Assembly (NCBI GenBank): GCA_051942205.1
Contig: JAVECO010000097.1
Span: 62,001-84,742, forward strand
DNA length: 22,742 nucleotides
Direction of reading: 5' to 3'
Origin: Coniocarpon cinnabarinum
Taxonomy: Eukaryota
The translations under genes were made by a program, and so were the position numbers. Below the pieces are notes generated by a model. The model saw only the letters and a list, made by a program, of their open reading frames with translations, ran no database searches and was not told the DNA's origin. This document shows positions 17,442 to 22,742 of the stretch, piece by piece. Numbering within the stretch: the first letter of the stretch is position 1; every line of letters begins with the position of its first letter.

Positions 17442-19712
17442 TCACATCATGGAGCAGCCACTGCTGCCTCCACTTCTTGCACGCCTCCTCCTAGTAATGC
17501 CGTCGGCGCCATCAGTCTCGTCGTTGGCAGCGCCCATGGCTTCTCTCACTCGTCTTCGCCGTCTGCGCCCAAGCACGCCTCCAAATAGTCCGAACCCTTC
17601 ACGACTGAAGCCGCCTGGGGCGCCTGCTTCCTCGCTCGCAATCATGTACTCGGCCCACTTTCTCTCGAGCTTTTGGGCCTTGATGAACTCGCCAGCCATG
17701 CATCTGCGTGTGTGCTCGGTCACCGTTGGCTGGTACCCGTAAAAAGTCTTCAGGTTGATGATTTGCGAGGGGTAAGCTGGCGGCTTTCGTTCGGGAAGCT
17801 GGCCAGGTTGCGCTGGGATAGCAAATGGCCGCGTGATAGGATTCTGGGGGGAGCCAGCAGTACGACGCGGTGCCGAAGGGGGGGATCGATTCTCAGCGTT
17901 CCGATTAAGAACCTCGCGAATGCCCGCCCACGTTACATGTTGACAATCGTATACCACCATAGAAAGCCCAACCTTAGGAACGGCATTGCCATTTGCGTTC
18001 AGAGGAAGATTCGCGATTGGAGGTCTGGCCCGGATAGCAGTGGCGGCTTCGATCAGCACAAGGTCAGAAATGCGAGTGTTGTCAAGATCGAGTGATGTAA
18101 GAGCTTTGCACATGTTGAGCACAGGAAGCATTCCGACATCACCAAGATTCTCGCAGTGGGATAGGGAAAGATGCTGAAGTCGCGAAGCGCAAGGAGAGGA
18201 AGCAAGCGTGGCGAGAACAGAGTTGGTCAAATTCTCGAGTTCCTCCAGGTCTAGATGAGTAAGCTTCGGTAGTGTTTTGAGGAGTGGAATCAGAGAGACG
18301 TCGGTGAGGGCAGAACACTTGCTCAACTGCAAGCCTTCTAAGTCAGGAAGTACAGCGACCAAAGAGAGGAGTCCAGCGTCTGTGATTCCCCAAGTCCGAG
18401 AGAGATCGAGATGCTTGAGCTTGCGAGGAGCTACTTGAGGATGGTACGTCAAATAGTCGCGCTCCACATCACCAGAGCCGATCATCAGAGTCTCGAGAGC
18501 CTCGTCGGTCAAAGCATCGCAGCCCATGAGCACTAGAGACTCAAGCGTGTTGCGATGAAAAAGCTCCCGCATGAATGCAACGTCACCCATGCCACGAATC
18601 TCACCCGCGCGAAGTTCGTTAAGCTCCGGACAATTTTCAACAATCTTACGCAGACCCTTAGTACAGACATTGGGACACCAAGAAACATTGAGATGTCGCA
18701 GCATATGGCAGTGCTGTGATATGATCTTCAACGTCGAGTTCGAGACAACCTGAAGGCCTTGGACGTTGATGTGAACAAGTCGAGAATTGGCATACATGAG
18801 GGAGTGTACCGCCGCACGGTCGATCTGGCACCCTTCCAAACTGATGTTTTCGAGGTTTGTGCAGACGTCGGCAAGGTCGCTTTCGCGCCATCGATCCCAA
18901 AGCTGCACACAACCCCGCAGATTCAAGTCTCTGGCAAAGGGTCCAGCTCGGGTGATGATCTTGGCGAGAGCATCGGCTGGGATGGTCTGGTAAAACGAGG
19001 CTGTATCGAGCGTGGCCCAGAGCTGGCCATCAAAGCACATGTCGTACCAGGGCTTTGACACACGCGAGCACTTGACAATCTCGTGGGGACAGAGCAGGCG
19101 CAGAACATGACTGCGAAGCTCCGGTGGCATGTCTCTCCAGAAGTCAAAGCCCGGACGCGGTCTTGGGACTGACCCCGCCGTCACAACAGGCTGAGAGAAG
19201 TAGTCGAGTTGCTCCTGCCCAGGCGGGACCCCGGCAGATGTTGCAGGGCGAGAAGTGGACCTGGCGTCAGGAGGGACCGGTACAGAGAGGGGGCTGCGAC
19301 ATACCGTGCGCTGTTTCTCGACCCGGCGGGCGTATGGTGCCAGAGAAGGTGCATCGCCCGGCGTGCTAGGAACGGAGGTTGGTGCAGTCGAGTAGCCATT
19401 GGAAACGTGAGAAGCGGACGAAAAAGTCGTGAAGCTCTGTGAGTAGGACGTCGTCGAGGACGGGGTCAAAGAAATGCAGGAGATTGACGCCCTGGTTGAG
19501 CCGCGATAGCCAGAAGAGTGGCTTCTGTGGATCCTCAGCAGCGATTGCGAAGATGACATGCGCTGCAAGCCGTGCAGCAACTTCCTGCGGCCCTTGAGCC
19601 TCGGCGACGGTTGAGGGGTGTGTTCCGCCTGTAATAGAGATGCCCCCGGCTCTTCGACAGACTGGGACTGCTGGGAATCTTGGAAACGATCGGCTGTAGT
19701 GGCAAACGACAT
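17442..19712 (-). CDS. F-box/leucine-rich-repeat protein (SCF substrate adaptor, FBXL-type); single exon
   Basis: First ATG at 19712. F-box FWRDMPPELRSHVLRLLCPHEIVKCSRVSKPWYDMCFDGQLW is followed by cysteine-containing LRRs (LNLRGC, ISLEGC, LNVSWCPNV, LDLSRTWGITDAGL, LQLSKCSALTD, LSLSHCENLGD). The C-terminal tail is basic. Confidence 0.93.
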   Translation of the reverse strand: MSFATTADRFQDSQQSQSVEEPGASLLQAEHTPQPSPRLKGRRKLLHGLQRMSSSQSLLRIHRSHSSGYRGSTRASISCISLTPSSTTSYSQSFTTFSSASHVSNGYSTAPTSVPSTPGDAPSLAPYARRVEKQRTVCRSPLSVPVPPDARSTSRPATSAGVPPGQEQLDYFSQPVVTAGSVPRPRPGFDFWRDMPPELRSHVLRLLCPHEIVKCSRVSKPWYDMCFDGQLWATLDTASFYQTIPADALAKIITRAGPFARDLNLRGCVQLWDRWRESDLADVCTNLENISLEGCQIDRAAVHSLMYANSRLVHINVQGLQVVSNSTLKIISQHCHMLRHLNVSWCPNVCTKGLRKIVENCPELNELRAGEIRGMGDVAFMRELFHRNTLESLVLMGCDALTDEALETLMIGSGDVERDYLTYHPQVAPRKLKHLDLSRTWGITDAGLLSLVAVLPDLEGLQLSKCSALTDVSLIPLLKTLPKLTHLDLEELENLTNSVLATLASSPCASRLQHLSLSHCENLGDVGMLPVLNMCKALTSLDLDNTRISDLVLIEAATAIRARPPIANLPLNANGNAVPKVGLSMVVYDCQHVTWAGIREVLNRNAENRSPPSAPRRTAGSPQNPITRPFAIPAQPGQLPERKPPAYPSQIINLKTFYGYQPTVTEHTRRCMAGEFIKAQKLERKWAEYMIASEEAGAPGGFSREGFGLFGGVLGRRRRRRVREAMGAANDETDGADGITRRRRARSGGSSGCSMM

Positions 19713-20008
19713 CTTGAGCAAGTTGCAAACGAGTGTAGGTGGTCAGACAAGGTCCGTGCGGATGGGTGTGGTGATTGCTTGCTGTTTAGAGCCCAGGCTT
19801 TGGAGCTACGACGATGACGGCCGCCGTGGGCGCATGTCCTCTGGACGAGTCGAGACACCGACGGAGGGCAACAGCGAAGGCCGAGTGTCAAGGACTAGGA
19901 GGCACTGGGAATGGGAATAGCCGAAGGCTGGAGAAGTGGAGTTGCAGCGAAGTCAAGAACGTCAGTCGGCTTGGGCCGGCGGGTATGGAGAGAGGAAAGA
20001 GAGAGGAA

Positions 20009-20033
<25 letters not shown>
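20009..20033. repeat. (AG)12 microsatellite, a CT-rich tract on the coding strand upstream of the F-box gene
   Basis: Pure AG dinucleotide run within a longer purine tract (19988-20040), about 300 nt upstream of the F-box ATG. Confidence 0.9.
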
Positions 20034-20039
<6 letters not shown>

Positions 20040-20324
20040 GACCGATTCGGAAGGGAGGGAGGCGCGGGACTGTATTTCTGACGGTGTCAGTAACGGGCGG
20101 GTGTTGAAGCTTTGGCGGAGAGTTTTGGAGGTCTTATCGTGAAGGAGCGGCTGATGCGGTCAGGTTGAGTTGGCGAGGGAGAGCTGAGGAGATCTGATGA
20201 CCGGCCGGCTGACGAGAGAGTGCGTGTGGATACGAAGGAGTGTACGGAGTACGGAATACACCTGAGGGACCGGACTGGAGGGCCTGGAAAGCGGGGCGCG
20301 GAGGCACTATCGATAGAGCACACG

Positions 20325-20565
20325 CACGTGACGTAGTAGCCGTCGGGTCGTGGCGGGGTAGGCGCCCACGTGACAGACCACGCAAACACGCTCGTCTGGG
20401 CGGCGATTTGCGAGCAACAAGTCCGGGAGCAAAGGGAGCAGATGCGGCAGAGACGGGCAGCTGAGCCGGAACGTCACCTACTACCTAGCCGTCTACCTAT
20501 CTTTGCAGACAATAAGGATGAGGTAGGTACGGAGTAAGTAAGTACCTTGCTTAGCCCGTCACGTG
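20325..20565. promoter_or_regulatory. Three GTCACGTG (Cbf1-type bHLH E-box) sites upstream of the F-box gene
   Basis: CACGTGAC at 20325-20332 and 20367-20374, and GTCACGTG at 20558-20565. Confidence 0.55.
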
Positions 20566-20730
20566 CCGGTGTAGAGAGGTCCACTGCATGCACACCCGAC
20601 GCCTCGTAAGCTCTGGAACCCTGGGTTTCGTCATATCATTGCCTGTATATTGCACTTGCAAAAGCTTCTTGCCCCTAGCGAATTGCACAGAAAGCTCGAT
20701 TTGCGCTCTATACGGTTACTGTATTAACTG

Positions 20731-22617
20731 CTAGACCTTATAAATTAATTCTATAAGGTTAGCGCTCTTTATTAATACCTATTAGAGGTAGCCTATAGTA
20801 ACTATACCCTATATATCTACTAATTAGCTTTTAATAGCGCTTAATATAAATATACTCTTTAAATCTTTTATTATTACTATATATATATAACTTAACTTTA
20901 CTATAGTTAGATAGTATACTAAGTATTATAATAAAAAGTAAATACTACTAAAGATCTTTAGAGTATTTAAAGCTTTATTAGTTATTTTATTAACTTTTTA
21001 TTATTAAATATTAGTTTAAATATCTAGTTATTACTTAATAAGCTACTTTTTTATACTAAATAATTTTATTAGCTATATAGTATTATTACTAAATAGCTTA
21101 CCTATATATAAGTTATTAGAGCCTCTAGCTAAAAAGAGTCTACTAAAAATACTAATACTATTATTAAAATTTACTATTAAATAAAAAAAGTAGAATAATA
21201 TTATTAATAGAATTTAAAAATATATCTATATAATAACTATTTTAAAAAATATAAGAGTAGTAAAAATATAATAGTATCTAAGTAGTAATATAGCTATATA
21301 CTTTAATATAAAAAAAAGATTTATTTAATATACTAGTATATAGCTTATTAAGTATACTATCTAAAGTCTAAAATATACGCTATACTATTAATATTTAATA
21401 TAATTATTTATAGTATTATTTACTATAATATTCTTAGCCTTTTTATAAATATAGGCTAAGTAAAGTTTACTATTTAGCTACTAGTAAAAAACTCTTTACT
21501 TAGTTTATATAGCTATAGTAATATCTACTATATAAACTATTTATATTTAGACTAGTTAATTATTTAGAGCTTTATTATTATTACTTTTTTTTAGTTAAAA
21601 TAGACTAATAAAGCTATTTAATATAGTTTTTATATTAACTACTATCTTTATATTACTAAGCGCTATTATAAAGATATATATTTAAAGTAGTACTTTAACT
21701 ACTAAAGCTTTTAGTATATTAGACTCTACTATTTTTTTTATAGCTTTATTATAGTACTTATAGTAAGTTAGGCTATATAGCTAAGTATTATAAAAGACTA
21801 GTATACTACTACTATTATAGTAATAGTTATAATACTTAGAGTAAGGTCTATATAGTATAACTATATAAATAAAAACGCTTAATACTATAAGATTAAGTCT
21901 TTTTAAGTTATATTTTATTCTACTAAGTAAGTATTATACTCTTTTTTTTTTATCTTTTTTTTAGGTTTTTTTTTTTACTATATAGATTAATAAAGATATA
22001 GTAGTATAAGTCTTTTTTTTATTAATACTATTACTACTATCTAGCCTAGTCTAGTACTAGTATAATAAACTTTTTAAAACCTATAATAAAGTACTAATAA
22101 AACTAAAGAGTAAGTAAAGTTTTTAGTAGCTAAAAATACTACCTTTACTATACTTATAACTAGTATAAAAATACTATTAAATCTTTTTAATACTCTAAGA
22201 GTAAAAAATAGCTAAAACTCTAAAAATTTATATATATAGATAGCTAGCTTTTTTTTAGACTATATAAAAAAGGCCTAAGACTAGCTAGTAGTAGTATTCT
22301 ACTAGTAGATAGCTTTACTAATTATAGTTATTATATTAAATAATAACTTATTATTATAAACTAAAAAAATAGTCTAGCGCTTTAATAGTAAAAAAGCTAT
22401 TATACTTACTAAAAAGGCTTAATTAGAAAAACTCTAAAATACTAAATACTAAAAAATTAATCTTTTAGCTATAGTAGGCGTCCTAGTTACTAATCTATTC
22501 TTTACTATTTTTTTTTAGTATAAGCTACTAAAAAATATATTAAAAATAGTAGCCTTTAATTTTCTACTTTTAAAAAAATAGTAGTAGTATCTAGCTCTTA
22601 GGGCCTAATAATAACTA
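20731..22617. mobile_element. Heavily RIP-mutated AT-rich repeat relic, probably a degenerate transposon; family not identifiable
   Basis: Abrupt drop in GC. On a manual scan no CA or TG dinucleotide occurs after 20730, TpA is extremely frequent, and the ORF track shows no ORFs. This is the classic repeat-induced point mutation signature. Confidence 0.8.
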
Positions 22618-22742
22618 TAATAATACTAATAATACTAATAATACTAATAATACTAATAATACTAATAATACTAATAATACTAATAATACTAATAATACTA
22701 ATAATACTAATAATACTAATAATACTAATAATACTAATAATA
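22618..22742. repeat. (TAATAATAC)n tandem array, about 14 copies, running to the window end
   Basis: Perfect 9-bp unit repeated over 125 nt. Confidence 0.95.

Noticed and set aside
20705..20760. Transposon terminus (TIR or LTR start) at the GC/AT border
   Set aside because: No matching second terminus in the window, and the sequence is too mutated to assign.
20558..20800. Yeast-type point centromere (CDEI GTCACGTG next to AT-rich DNA)
   Set aside because: The AT block begins about 165 bp away, is kilobases long and RIP-derived, and no CDEIII is seen. Filamentous ascomycetes have regional centromeres.

Overview
Genomic DNA from a filamentous ascomycete (Pezizomycotina), judged from short GT-AG introns with RCTRAC-like branch points, fungal gene families and a RIP-mutated block. 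Bases 1-20.7 kb are gene-dense and hold eight protein genes: the likely 3' part of a hypothetical gene (+), a 9-exon CCCH zinc-finger gene (-), a 3-exon glutathione S-transferase (+), a 3-exon EXPERA/EBP-like membrane protein (-), a 4-exon PXA-domain gene (+), a CENP-B-type HTH protein without a DDE domain (-), the 7-exon DRG1/Rbg1 GTPase (-) and a single-exon F-box/LRR gene (-). From about 20.73 kb the sequence switches abruptly to an AT-rich block with no CpA/TpG dinucleotides, ending in a (TAATAATAC)n array. The most striking feature is a 2,129-nt intron (8301-10429) in the PXA gene, ten times longer than the next-largest intron here. It contains mirror-frame ORFs and many short hairpins, and its donor creates an immediate stop if unspliced. 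Several non-canonical splice sites (GAG and AAG acceptors, a probable GC donor) and clustered promoter motifs are also visible. All gene models were assembled by hand and family names come from motif recognition, not database searches.
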